Shown here: positions 11,782-24,645 of the stretch, piece after piece
Numbering within the stretch: the first letter of the stretch is position 1
How the letters are laid out: each line of letters opens with the position of its first letter
Source of the DNA: Paraglomus brasilianum
Taxonomy: Eukaryota
Direction: 5' to 3'
NCBI GenBank assembly: GCA_910592345.1
Contig: CAJVPI010000173.1
Coordinates: forward strand, 1 to 46,291
DNA: 46,291 nt
Translations under genes and position numbers: made by a program
The notes under the pieces: model-generated
What the model saw: only the letters and a program-made list of their open reading frames with translations
Databases searched by the model: none
What the model was told of the DNA's origin: nothing

Positions 11782-13856
11782 GGAGAAGAGACAATCGGCC
11801 AGTATTCATACTATATAAAGGTTTTTGCAGGAAAAGACTATTTCTTAAATGTGTCCGAACTATGTAAACTCAACTATTACGTTTCAAAACCTTTAATATA
11901 TCATACACTGGCATATTGTAATACCAAGTCAATACACGTGAATGTAAAGTCTAATCGGCAAGCGCTTTATCCGAAAGTTAACATTAAAAGACTATCATAT
12001 CTAGTTTGGGGTTATTGAACCCGAGAGGGTCGTTAAGGGGCGACTACAAGAAATTGATAACCTTCGCCAAAAAAGATCCGAACACACCATACTTACCTCG
12101 AGATCTAGATAACTACCAAATTGTGCTACCATATGCAGTGACAGGCTACTCGATATTTATTAGCTCGATTAAAGATCAAACTGTAATTAGTAGTGGCACG
12201 AGAACCTTTTCTCCTCCTCGCTAGAATATTTCCCATTAGTAACACATGATTCAGATTATCGTTGACGTACCCGATATTATGAATGAAAGGATGTAATTCT
12301 CCGCATAGTATGGGTATTAAAGAAGAGCATTAAACTGACAGAATGTGATTAAGGTTAATGTGACTGAGGTAGGAACAACGAAACTTATCGAATAATATTT
12401 TATATAAGCGGAAGTTTGACAACGGGTGTTCGTAGTGCCGATCATTGGTATTAACTTACTTTTTATAAAAACTTAATTGGCTAGAATAAGCGGGCGACAC
12501 AAACGAACGAAGATTGTAGTTCGCCATTCGATCACACATTCTAAATTCACCAGACCTTAATAGACAACCCTTTTAACGCATTGCGCACTCGGAATTTCAA
12601 ATGGAAATTAATAGAGTAGACTAAAGATGGATTGTCGGAGATACAGGTGTGTTTTACAAAGGTGAGATTAGATATTTGAATGATAAATTGACATTTTTGT
12701 GCTATTTTGTATGCGTAATGATAATCGTTAATTCGAAGTATCCAATATTGGTTGTTGCCATTCAGCTGCGTTTGTCCTTTTTATCCTGTGTTCGGTAAAT
12801 ATTATTACTGTTTCGTTGTCTCCGGAGAACGTTTGTCTCTTATGATTGTCCATTGAAATATTTGAATAAATTCTCAATTAACGAAATAAACTACACAAGA
12901 ACGTTTGATTGATACACTTGACGAAAATTAAGTCACATTCCTCTTTACTTCAACGGTTTGGTAAGTGTTCAATTAAAATGCAAATCTTCCCTACTACATG
13001 ATGAGGTTTTCTCTTCCATCTACAATAGCTCAATTTCCCACTTGACGACCAGCTTAATGAATGTTAACAAACGTTCACGAATGCATTTCCTCCGAGTTAT
13101 CAAAACTCCGTGGCTTACTCCGATAGAATACAAAATAAAAATGAACTGTAAACAATCGATGTCGTTTATGAAAACTCCGGGAGATTGTGTCACACATTCT
13201 ACAACAGAAAATCCTCAAATAAACAATGAGATTGTCTTACATTTTGCTCATTATTATTGGCCCGCACAATTTCAATGGAAACTTGTCCAAACTATAAAAA
13301 CGAGCGTTAACCAGCCAAACATCCCTAGCCGCTAATAAAGATTGACAGACCACACCTTTCCTTACGAATAAAGATTGCCTACATATTTTTCGTTCATTAA
13401 CCAGCTAGATTATATATAAACAGGCGCAAAATACAGAGGACAGAGAGTGCGAAATAGGGACTTGTTTCTTAGGCAAAATTATTCATGAGGCTAGTCGCTA
13501 CGAGCGATTGGCTATTGCAATCCGTCGTATGCAATTGGAGGAGGAAAAAGTATGCGACTTTCGGGATATGATTCGTAATAGCAATTGTCAAAAGGTAGGA
13601 TTAGGCAATGCATTGTAAAGAGATTCACTGCACTGTTAGAAGCAATACATTGTAATTATTAAACCCGAAGTTAAAATTAATCGTGTAACACAAACAAATT
13701 TCGAATCAATACATTATACTTCTCGCTCCATATTATTCAAAAATGATACTAATACATTATCATTCGCAATGTATTATCGTGTATATTGGCTGGAATGTAT
13801 TAAGCTATATACATAAAAGGTCACAGCAGGCTTTTTTCAAAAGATGGATTTCGACA

Positions 13857-14655
13857 ATGGCTAATAATCCGTTCCCCAATGGACCCTTGCCTGTTGGCAA
13901 TTCGACCACCGATTTACGCGACTTTTTGGAAAATATGATAGTCAAACTTAATGAAAATGAACGCACATACAGCATAGAATTTAGTCAGAACGTCATCCAA
14001 GTTGCCATTCCTCAGAATTCTTCCAACTTTTCCGATGCCTTGAAGAATTCCAATAGTTTCATACTGTTCAGGACTCTTCTCATGAAGACTCTAAACGGAG
14101 CCAGTTTCGATCGCTGTTTCAACAAGCTGACATATTGTTCCGACATCGCGGGTAAAGCTTGGGGTAAAGCGCCTCCAAAGCTAAAGAAAATCTTTAAAGA
14201 TCTTTCGGACGAAAGTAAACCTTTTAGACAAAGCCAAGCGAGCAGAAAAACAAAAACCCCGGCAAACTCAATTCCCACAAATCGCACTCGCAAGACGACT
14301 ACTCCAGTCGGGGTTGGAGAAGGCCTCGAGTATTCCCATCAACGGAACGAAAATAAGGCCGCAAACTGGATTTCCATAAAATGCACTTGCAAGATGATTA
14401 CCCAACTCGGGTTTGGAGAAGGCTTCGAAGTTGGTAATGGGTTTTTATATTCATGTGGAAAATGTAATCAACCTATTCAGCTGCAAGGTAAAATATGGTT
14501 TGTTATTTGGAATTGTCATTAATGCCTTAGAACTAAAAATTATCTCTTTAGCGGTCATTGCCCCGTTCTCTCACGAAGCTGCACCCGGCCAGTTCGACGA
14601 CGTCATCCACTACGAAGATCAGGTGGAGGAATCGAGTTGGAGCTCTTCAGTATAA
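13857..14655 (+). CDS. Divergent HMG-box protein type B2 with CxC...CxxC; exons 13857-14487, 14552-14655; ~244 aa
   Basis: KNSNSFILFRTLL...CSDIAGKAWGKAPPKLKKIFKDLSDESK, then KCTCK and YSCGKCN. The GTAAAA..TAG intron at 14488-14551 joins in frame to the 14413-14655 ORF. Confidence 0.82.
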
Positions 14656-15531
14656 AACTGGCATCGCGTCGAGAGTTGCTTTTGACGGTTTCGTGTTCTG
14701 TCTATTATAGAACATTGGTACGTTAACGTCACTTTCAGTGTCGTACGGCCCCGCCCGTACATGTGAGTCGTTCGTTTGCGTGTTTTATATATGAGGTTAT
14801 GCTTATATAGTTTATATAAAAGTAAGTAATATGGATCTAATTTATAAGTGAGCATTCATTAAAAAAATTTTAATAGAATTCACGACTATTTGTACGGTTA
14901 GGGATCGTAACCAATTCACCAGTTGGTTATTGCTCCTGGCACTTCTGACCAAATAGGAGCGCTGTAACCTTGCTAATTTTGTTTCATTCGCTAATTTCTT
15001 TCGGGCTTCGTCTTTATCAGCCAGCAAAATGTCCCTTTTTCATGTTTCCTCGCGCTTTCTTTCGCTCTGCCCAAAATCGAGCCTTTTATTGGTTTAGCTG
15101 GACCTGAATCACGTTACCAATTTTTCGTTTTTATTATTATTATTATTATAGGATTTTTATTGGCTGCTTTTACATATACATGACTAAATTAAATCAATAA
15201 AGAAAACTTGGCTTAATGCCTGGTATTCATATAGACGTTACCAATTTTTCGACAGTAAAGTACAAACCTCCCAAATATGGAATATCCAGCACAACGTTTT
15301 AGTCGTTTACATTAACATATTAATATGTGTACAGATCTACGACAATATACTAATAATTATCCTTTATATCGCCATGTTTGTTTGCGTGTTGATAGTGATG
15401 AATAGTTCAATCATTGGCTTCTATATTTGGGTCAAACGTTAAACTTCCTACTAATTACTCTTTCCCGCCGTCCCCAAGGTTCCTTAATAGCAAGTCAAAA
15501 CCCGCTTTTATAAAATGTCAGTTGCAATAAA

Positions 15532-17555
15532 TCAATTTGCCTCAATATGACCTGAGACGAGATTATTAGCAATAGAGGTACCGTCAACGCTAATATCTCT
15601 ATCCCCCACAAAATCCGTTTTGGCCCATTCGGGCAATTCAGTCTCATACTTCCAACCGTCACCTTCATATTTCAAAGCATGTAGCCAAATACAGAGCTGA
15701 TGTGGCAATGGATCATTAAACTTTTGGTTCGCACATTCTTCACAGTAATCTTCGTCCAAACAGGGTGTTTCTTCATCGGCTATTGGAGTACCGCTCGCCT
15801 CATCTTCATCCTGTTCGTCAGCATTGTCGTTCTCGCTTATAATGAGCTTTTTGCCGTTTGCTAAATTCGCCTCCTCGCCGGTTTCCGGTTTTATTACGAC
15901 GGCCTTTTCTTCGTCGCCCAACCCTTCTTGCATAAAATACTCGATTACTTTCGCGGTGGTTTCCTGATCAAACCCTCCCTTGCCTTTAGATGGACCCCAT
16001 GCACTTGGGTGATTATATAATGGATCATTAGCAATAGGATATCCAAGGTACTGGAGATGTACACGTATTTGATGAGTACGGCCTGTTATCGGTTTACCTG
16101 AAAAAAAGAGTCAACGAATTAAGGCAAGTAGTATAGGAAAAGTTGGACGAGCGGTTATCAGACGCTTTACGCTTTAAACTGAATACGCCACATTTACGTA
16201 ACATCCATCATAAAGGATACATCTGACAACGGAAGTGTGTCCATTGTAATGCATTCTGTTGAAAACAGTCGTGCTAGGCTTTCCATCTGAACTGACCGAA
16301 TTTAATCCTAGTTTATGAGAAACGCATTTGATTGGTTGGTCGCATATAATCTCTTCGCTGATTGAGGGACAAGGCTGGAGAAATTGATATCATTTACGAT
16401 TGTCGAAGCAACGGATTATGCAAGGCAATGGGTAATACATCTGATATTCTTACATCGGGAATTCGCCCAATACTCGGCACACGTACTCTTTCTGGACGTT
16501 TCGGGAGCGTATCTGTTCTTCCAATTCTCGAGCTTTCTGCTTGCTCATTGCGATTAGCGTTATTCCCGAGGTTAGTCTATCTAGTCTATTAATTGCTGAT
16601 AAAGAGAGTGTGTGAGTTACAAGTCGCGTGTTGAATTATACTCAAACATGACTCACTATGAAAAGCATCTAACTGATGTTCCTTGCGTAAGATGTGCAGG
16701 ACGGTATTGTAGAGATATCTCCCACTGGGATGAACCTAAACGCAAGTCGATTGGCCGTCAGCAGTTGAAAAACAAAATATTATCATCGACAGCCGGCATT
16801 AACATGAACCACAATATCCGTTGACTGTAAATTTCAGCGACTTACCGGAATGCTTCCTGGTTTGTTGATGACAATAAGATCATCTTTCCTGCAAATAATC
16901 TTGATCTCCTCTGCAGTGACGGGTGGCTCATGTCTATGGATCTTATGAGTGATAAGGTCTTGATTCCTTAAAATCGTGTCTGTTGAGACTGTCTGCTTGT
17001 TGACAGTTATCGAGCCTCTTTTTATTGCTCGTGCCTTCAATAGGTGAACGACATATTATTTATTAAGACGTTACGTACGAAAGCAACGTAAGAATTACCA
17101 CCATATCGTCATCATTCTTATGTACATAATATTGCGGCGAGCGATCTCTGAACTCAGTAGTGAATACATCTAATATGGTCCTCCCGATCCACCGTTTTTT
17201 TGTAAAAGTTCGATATTCGTAATAATACGGCTTCACTTTACGAAGATCTATAAATAAAAAATATTACAAATATTAATAATAACAACAAAGATATTCGTGT
17301 ATAACCCATTAGAAAATGCTTGATAACATTTGACTGAGTATAAACCAAGCTACCGTTTTCAAAGTGATATTCGACTTCATCTATGCTACAGATATCCGAA
17401 ATGTCTTTACGATTAAGTTGTTTATTGGAAGAAATTCTTAACTTCTTTCTAACTTCATGTTCAGAGGCATGATATCTGTGCTTCGACGGAACAGTAATAG
17501 TGTCTTTGACAAGGACGATAGCATTGTTGTCTATTGCGGAGGTATTAGAACTCAT
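15532..17555 (-). CDS. RluA-family pseudouridine synthase (Pus9/Rib2/RPUSD2-like), 7 exons: 17555-17354, 17247-17126, 17034-16846, 16735-16657, 16595-16454, 16357-16221, 16097-15532; ~478 aa
   Basis: The spliced product contains [29 protein letters not shown], catalytic [33 protein letters not shown] and IWLHALKY. All six introns are GT-AG and preserve frame. Confidence 0.95.
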
Positions 17556-17561
17556 TTAAGG

Positions 17562-17617
17562 TGAAAATTTAAGGAAAAAGTGAAATTTTTTCATTTCGTC
17601 GTCGTTCACGTGATGAG
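17562..17617. promoter_or_regulatory. Candidate RRPE-like and PAC-like motifs plus an E-box upstream of the pseudouridine synthase
   Basis: TGAAAATTT at 17562, TGAAATTTTTTCA at 17581, CACGTG at 17607 overlapping GATGAG at 17612. Confidence 0.35.
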
Positions 17618-18501
17618 GTATGCTAAATCATTGGCCAGTTGCTGTTGCTTCCATGGATGTCATTGCAAACGGAAAACGTAACAGTTACTACTAATGCATG
17701 CGGCTTGAATATGTCAAAGTCTGCGAAAATTCTGCTGTAATATTCTAACTATGGTTACGATATCAGTATTGCATCAACCTTGTCCCAGTCCAATAAAGTT
17801 CTCGTTATCCAATGCGTGAAGTTCATATGACCTAGCTATACGATTGGCTGATATTTATGGAATGTAATTAGTAAAGAACAATGGTCGAGTGTAAATATAA
17901 GCTTAGAGATTAGTAAAAAGTTTTCAGTTTAATGACGCTCAAACAAAAATAATAAAATAATAAAACAATCAGCAGAGTTGTCATATACGCGAAAAGAAAC
18001 CTGAAATGCAATAATTAAGTAAATCATAAACATCAATGTTAGCTCACGACATTGGTATGCCTAATGAGAATGTAAAATATAAAACATTGGTGTTAGTTTC
18101 TGTGACTTGTTCTCAAGAGAATGTTTCATCATACTAGATAATATAATTATATTTGGATATGTGTTCAAAGTTTTTATAACAACAGATTAAACCAAAAGTA
18201 AATGTTAATAATGCATGCATGCATACATGCCTTTGAAAATGTGTTATAATTATATATTTTTGATAGGCTATTGAAACAAATTCAGTTACAGGTTTAGTTA
18301 ATTGTCATAAAAGCTATCAAGTAAAAAAGATATGAAAACAGTTCAAAGAAATAAATCATGTGCATGTTAATTATAAGCTATATATTTTTCCTTATTGTTA
18401 ATATAACGTATCTTATTCTAAAATGTTATAAAATAACGCTCTCCCTACAAGCATATAATCAATTTAATCATAGACCATAATTTCCTCTTTCCATTCCCTT
18501 C

Positions 18502-18972
18502 TCACCCTCTTCTTCTCCCCCTTCTACCAATATTATTTCTCCTCCTCCTCTCACTTCTCCTTTCCTCCTGAACAACCGGATCTTCATATACCCAGTCACT
18601 CTCTCTCACCATCCTGTTCCTTGTCACAAGTTCTCTCAATTGTTCCAATGCACGCCGTTCAGTCTCTGGTACTTGGTTCCACATCTTTGATGCTAACCTG
18701 GACAGTCTACTCATGTCTAACTGGTAGAGATCGCAATCGGAATGTTCACAAGAAGGCAACAAATCGCGATATTTCTCGGCCCACCGTCGTATGATAACAA
18801 ACCTATTGGGACAAATGTTGCCTCGACAAGAAGATAGAACGTCTTGGATTGTCCAGTTGGAGGTGGAGTAGCCCCAATGGGGCCAAATAACTGAATGAGA
18901 ACATCTAGCCGTTGTAATAACAATTTCTACCAGAGGGTGGTCTATCCTGAGAGATACTCGAGCCTGGGCCAT
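18502..18972 (-). CDS. Divergent HMG-box protein type Z1 with Cys-rich loop insertion and Arg-rich tail, 156 aa
   Basis: CPNRFVIIRR...LPSCEHSDCDLY..DMSRLSRLASKMWNQVPETERRALEQLRE; upstream RCSH; C-terminal RRRRNNIGRRGRRRG. Confidence 0.82.
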   Translation of the reverse strand: MAQARVSLRIDHPLVEIVITTARCSHSVIWPHWGYSTSNWTIQDVLSSCRGNICPNRFVIIRRWAEKYRDLLPSCEHSDCDLYQLDMSRLSRLASKMWNQVPETERRALEQLRELVTRNRMVRESDWVYEDPVVQEERRSERRRRNNIGRRGRRRG

Positions 18973-21090
18973 GCTTTTTGTCGATAATAAATGATTGGGA
19001 GTGTATAGCGTATGGATTGGTAGTGTGTTGTTTTTACCGTTCCTTGTTTTTTGTCTTATTTAATTTTATATACCGTAGAAAACCTTTCAGCGGTTTCCGC
19101 GGTGCGAAAATAATAAACCGCGACTCTTGTTTTCCTTTGGCTTGCTAAAATTGTAGGCAAAATATAAATCAGAGAAAAGGGCGAGCTCTTCTATTTATCT
19201 AAAACATGAAAATGAGAGGGTAATAACGATATCTTTCTTTAAAAAGAGACAAGCACATACCTTCAATTCTATTTCCGTCGAAGTCCGTCATCCGCACACC
19301 AATCAGAAACTTTTTTTGAGATTACGTATTATTGGATGCTAATCAAAACTCGGTTGCGGGCGAATCGTATAATGGGTGGCGTTTTAAGTAGAAATTTAGA
19401 GTTTCGCCGAAGTATAAATATAGTTATTAGTTTAGATTTACCAATATTGTTGTTAGCCTGTTCTCTCGTTATTAATTAAATTATCTCACTCACGCAGTTT
19501 ATTTGCGATGCTATTCATGTCCATATTTGACGCTTTGTTACAATTGCAAACAAAAGAAAGCAATATTATTAATCGTTTGCATGGCAAATGTTGTTGCGGA
19601 AAAATGCAAGGAGTTGCATTCCGGCTTATATTTAACAATTGCGGGGCGTTGTGACGTAAAGCCTTGGATGCTGAGCCCCATCTTAATAAGTAACACGTCG
19701 AAATAACATTCGCCAATCGGAGAGATTTGTTAGAAATGCGATGTGACATAATACCTGATAGCCCAGCGGTTGTCTTATATCACAAAGCGTCGAATGCGCC
19801 GAACATCATTGTTTGTAAAGTTTGTATTCTTATGTAATAAAAATCGGCTGTAAGTCATCGACAGTGGTCATCGACAGTGCGCCCATGCGTAATTACGTCT
19901 CTTTACGCAATATTAAAGAAAAAGAAGCAATTGAAAAGCACGTTTGTAATTGTAGATTATCATTTAATAATGTGACATAATCGGCAAAGTAAGGGGCTTA
20001 CACAACGCACAATTGACTTTTAACTTGTGTAGCGAAAAATTAGGAAAATAAAGAGAAACTATTTATATGTATTGTGATCGAGCCAAATGCGAAAAAAAAG
20101 GAAGATCAAGTTGTTTACAAGATTAAAGGTGCTTTGACCAATAGTACGAAAACTTAACCCATGTTTATATTATGCCGAGCAATTGCAAATATTGTTTCGT
20201 TTTTATATGCAATGCCTATATTTAATAGAGTAATGCACGATAACCTAAATTTATTTATCAGCACCCTTTGATTATTAATTTACTCTTTGTAATTTTTTCT
20301 TAAATAGCAACTTAATATTGTTCATCAATGTCGAGCATTATAAAATAGAGTCAGTATTGCTTATCTCGCCATTTACAGTAACACTATATAAATTATTTCT
20401 TCTCAACGATAGGTCCGAATGTGCGATAACTTTATTTTTCTGCTATTTGAGAAATAATTTACAATGTTTCCTTACCGGGTTAGCGAATTAGCATCACTTC
20501 GCATCTATGTTTATGTTTATCTGTGTTACATCTATATGCAATTTTCATTATCATTGTTTCTCATTCAAATTACCCCTGATTGAAGGAGAGAGAGCGATCA
20601 GATGTCTTTTTTGTACAGACACACGATATTAATAAGTAATTATTAAATAAGCCATGGGGTCTGACAAATAATATGTAAGTCATGACGGATTTTTGTCATT
20701 TGATGTAATGCAGGTGCATCGGGGTTACCGAATGTATCTCTCAAACAATAATATAGTATTGTTTGATGCATCAATCGTACTACATATACCAAAATAGTTT
20801 TTCTTCTTTCAATACCTTGCAATTGTTTGGCCTTTCGCGATGCATCTCTCCGCTTGTTTAGGAACGCGAAACCAATTTTGGAAAAAGTAACGTGTGTAAC
20901 GTAATCACATGATACAGTCGTAGCACTGACGTTGCTTGTATAACTTGACAAACGTAATACTGTAATATATCAACTATTACTACTATTCACTTAGCACCCA
21001 TCACTAGTGACACACACTCTTTTAATATAGACATAACAATCTCATTTCTCCTTTCTCCTTTCTCCTTTCTCCCACATTTCTTTATCAGAG

Positions 21091-21503
21091 ATGGTTGAAC
21101 ATGTAGACTTTATTCCAATTATTGCCTCATACATCAACAACACAATACCACCCTTGCTTTCGCCCAGAGAGTACGCTTATACCATGTTTCACATATTTTG
21201 TCCACCATTTACTGTAATCTACACAGCTTACCTAATCTTTGTAATCTGTCACTGAACTCGGCGATTGATCTTAACGACAATCAGAGTAAATCTAAACCTT
21301 ATGGAATTACAATGAGACAGTGGAAAGACGAAAATGGAAATTACGAACAAAAGCTGAGTTCTGAATGGAACAGCCTATGTAACGAAATCGAATGTGCTCA
21401 CAAGGTGAAGGGTTTTTCCATTGATACACATGACACATATGTATATCAATTTTGTCTTACAGTATTACGCTATCAATATTTCCGGTGCAATTTGATTCGC
21501 TGA
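21091..21503 (+). pseudogene. Possible decayed HMG-like gene
   Basis: ATG at 21091 gives MVEHVDFIPIIASYINNTIPPLLSPREYAY... which stops early. An overlapping frame gives ITMRQWKDENGNYEQKLSSEWNSLCNEIECAHK, weakly like HMG helices 2-3. Confidence 0.25.
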
Positions 21504-21969
21504 TTGCATTTCAATACAACATATAATTATTTCAAAGGATGTGTAGTTATTCCGAGAGGATACGGTTTTCGGAGATACTGGAGAATAAGCGCTTATACCT
21601 TCGATATGCCTATTTTGGCCGATAATAAACTCATTCATGGTATAATCACGGGCATCGACGTGCATCTGTAGTCAAATGCAACAGTAATGACGAGATCGAA
21701 ATACTCAAAGATTAACACATAAATATTCCCGACCTACATTTATTATGATAACCTTATCAATTATACTTATCTTATCGGTTTACAGCTTGTCAGTTACATA
21801 ATTTACCAAAAAAAGAATTATATATTTTTAGTATTCTATGTTCACTATCTTAATTTGTGACATAATCCATAAAAGTTGAAAACTCGTCCCAACAAAAGAA
21901 ATCTTTGGCGAAGTAATCGGCGAACTAAACGGCGTACCAATCGGCGTACTAACAGCCGAGCACAATATG

Positions 21970-23034
21970 TTATAAATATTGACCTTTAGTCGAGTCGTTA
22001 ATACAAAAGTACTCTCTCTCCATACCGCCTTCAACATTGCCCATTATGATGTTGTTTATCGTGTTGTTATATCCAATATTATGCCTAATCTCTTCCGTTC
22101 CTCGTCTTTCTGCAAGAAAATTTCCATTGGTAGAATGAAAAAAACCACCGCTCTCTATTTGCATTTCGTTATAATCCTGAACAGAAGGCAAGCCCATACT
22201 TTCTCTTGTTTCCTCGTTTACGTTCCATTGTATTGGCTGGTGAGTCAGCGCGCTAAAACCAGACAAACACGTAAATGGTTCTTGATAAATTATCGGTGAG
22301 GTTGATGGAAGAGAAGTATGAACAAATGGATTAGACATGTCGTGATGATGCATTTGCGTTGTACGAACATATGCGGCGTGTTGGACATATGGAGGAGGCG
22401 AGTTTACTGACTGATATACAATTGGTGTGCTTGGCGGTAGATGCGATGGCACGGCATGCATTGCCGTAGACAGTTCGTCGTTGCACGTAGTGTTAATAAA
22501 AACATTATTTTTGTCGCTTGTAATTTCCGTTGTGCTCTCTTTATTTCCAATATTGCTCACTTCACTTGCCTCTAGTTTCTCTTCATTTCCGCTAGTCTTG
22601 TCCGTTGTTGCTGCTTCACCCTTTTTGACTTTTCGTACTCTCCCATTACCACCATCTTCTCTGATAAATGAATTAATATTAACAGGTATCTGTTTTTGTA
22701 CTTCTTCCCTCCATTTATCCAAGTGTTTTTTAACACGCTTATTAGCATAATACCAGATTTTTGCTGCAAGCTTTGAAATGTTTCCTCGGTCGGGATTATA
22801 CAAGGTACAAGCCTTGTGCACACAACGAGGCAAGTGCTCTTTGAAAGCTTGAAGAGAAACACGAATAACCAGAAATCTGTTTAAAGCGACTTGCTTATGG
22901 CAGCGTGAAGCCAGTTCCGAAACAGAGAGTATCGGAAAAGCGAAAGTGTGTACTGTAGACTCACACGGTACGGTTATTTGAAGGTTGGCGTTAGGAAGTA
23001 GGGAACAGCAATATCGATTGTCGTGTGAACACAT
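21970..23034 (-). CDS. Divergent HMG-box protein type Z2 with Cys-rich loop insertion, ~354 aa
   Basis: ALNRFLVIRVSL...LPRCVHKACTLYNPDRGNISKLAAKIWYYANKRVKKHLDKWRE, followed by a Pro/Ser/His-rich tail. First ATG is at 23034 (MCSHDNRYCC). Confidence 0.82.
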   Translation of the reverse strand: MCSHDNRYCCSLLPNANLQITVPCESTVHTFAFPILSVSELASRCHKQVALNRFLVIRVSLQAFKEHLPRCVHKACTLYNPDRGNISKLAAKIWYYANKRVKKHLDKWREEVQKQIPVNINSFIREDGGNGRVRKVKKGEAATTDKTSGNEEKLEASEVSNIGNKESTTEITSDKNNVFINTTCNDELSTAMHAVPSHLPPSTPIVYQSVNSPPPYVQHAAYVRTTQMHHHDMSNPFVHTSLPSTSPIIYQEPFTCLSGFSALTHQPIQWNVNEETRESMGLPSVQDYNEMQIESGGFFHSTNGNFLAERRGTEEIRHNIGYNNTINNIIMGNVEGGMEREYFCINDSTKGQYL

Positions 23035-23794
23035 ATTAACGGAGAAGTAATAAAGAGAGGTATTTGCCACTAAAAATATACAAGAGTTCAATAGTCCTAG
23101 AGACGGATGTAAAGGAGGTAGGAAGGAAAATGGTATATTGGAATTTATAGTCCGTAGTTTATATTTAAAGAAAGGATAACGTTTTAATAGTAAACCTTAA
23201 ATGAAAATAAGACGTTTTTATTTTGAACAAGTCAAAAGTGTTAATAAATCATATCAGCTCATAAACCCAAGAATTAACTCTTAGTCGTAAGGTTTTTTTC
23301 CCGCTTCTGTATTATCCACGGAATAGTTTTGCGTAGAGCAAAAGTAAGCTCTCAGGAATCCGGACTTCTAATATGACTATACGCGAAATATGTTGTCCAA
23401 CCGCACTGGGTATCAGATGAGTGTACCAAAAATCAGGATTTGAATCGGGTGCTAAAGTTAACGCTTGATCCGCAGATAAGGGGGAGGGGGGAAGGTAGAA
23501 TGCTGCGCGTAGAGTAAGTAGTATCGTATGTTGGAAGCATCACGTGGAAACTAGTGATATAACGATAAGTACTATGTTTTGAGAGATTCCAAAGCAAATG
23601 AAATATATTAACCTTCTATAGAAATATTCTGTCATTGACCCATTTGATGATTCTATGTTCTTGTTTTGTTGCTATCACCGCGTGTTACCCGCGTGGCTGC
23701 GCTTTCGGGATCATTAAGGATCGAGCTATTTGTGCATATATTTACCTATTGCATGCTTTCAGTTCTGTAATTCGTGAACGATTACTCGGTAAAC

Positions 23795-24645
23795 ATGGCC
23801 AAGACGGAATTTGAGAAGTTATAGAAGGAAGATGTTCTCGTACGAGCAAAAGTTGATTCCATTCCCACATGGAAGGTAAATAACGGCCCAAAAATCAGTG
23901 ATAAGATTGTTAACATCGTTAGAGAAGATTTTCATTTGTTCATTAGTGGTCATTGTTTTGTCAACAATTACTATTGTCAGTTTGTGGTGCTATCGGATTG
24001 TCCAGAAAAAACTGGTATGATTTGCTATCGCAGTTCGTTGACTGCGCCGGCAACGAAGACAAGCAGTTCGGCGTTCTTATGTTTGTTTTGTACTAAGCAT
24101 TTGGGCTAGACCCAATTTGTCAGCCAAAGTCTCATGATCATTTCAGGGTTCCTGTATTAATCAATAGCGATGAATACAATTGATAATATAAAAAAGACCA
24201 GCCCTGATGCATGCCATATAAGGACTAATTGCTTTGCAAAAAATTTTTTTACACCTTCTATTACATAAAAAGTGCTGACATCATGTAATACATTTTATTT
24301 GGTTCTTTATCATTCCCGTTTGATCCATATTAGTCTTCGTGCATAGTAAATGCCCAATTCTACAAATAATGTTCTACCACTCGTCATATTTTCAAAAATC
24401 AAATGACGTACGATGATTATTTTTAGAACTGTTGCACAATAAAATATGTGACAGTCGCAGTACGCACAATAAAAGTGAACCAAAGTGGGAAAGATATCCC
24501 ATTTCACATCGACTTGTGGAAATATGGCGAAAGTGAACACGGTTTTGGTAAGAGCGAAAACGCAGTGGAACAGGCGCTGCAAATGCTAAATGATTTATGC
24601 GGTCTTACATTAACCTGGCTACAAAATTATCTGAACAACAATTAA
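23795..24645 (+). pseudogene. Possible decayed coding sequence of unknown family
   Basis: Protein-like frames broken by stops (MAKTEFEKL*KEDVLVRAKVDSIPTWKVNNG...; TVAVRTIKVNQSGKDIPFHIDLWKYGE...). No family recognised. Confidence 0.25.

Noticed and set aside
12006..13335. ORFs 12006-12224 and 12958-13335
   Set aside because: Non-ATG starts, no recognisable motifs and no splice support; probably intergenic.
6225..14655. Assignment of the divergent boxes to the MATalpha1 alpha-box family
   Set aside because: The NxFMxFR and QxxxS motifs are compatible, but the typical WxxDPxxxxW pattern is absent. This cannot be settled without HMM scores.
2373..17555. Mucorales-type sex locus (sexP/sexM)
   Set aside because: No triose-phosphate transporter or RNA helicase flanking genes are visible; the neighbours are an SDR and a pseudouridine synthase. 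No homeodomain pair is seen either, so a mating-type role is unproven.
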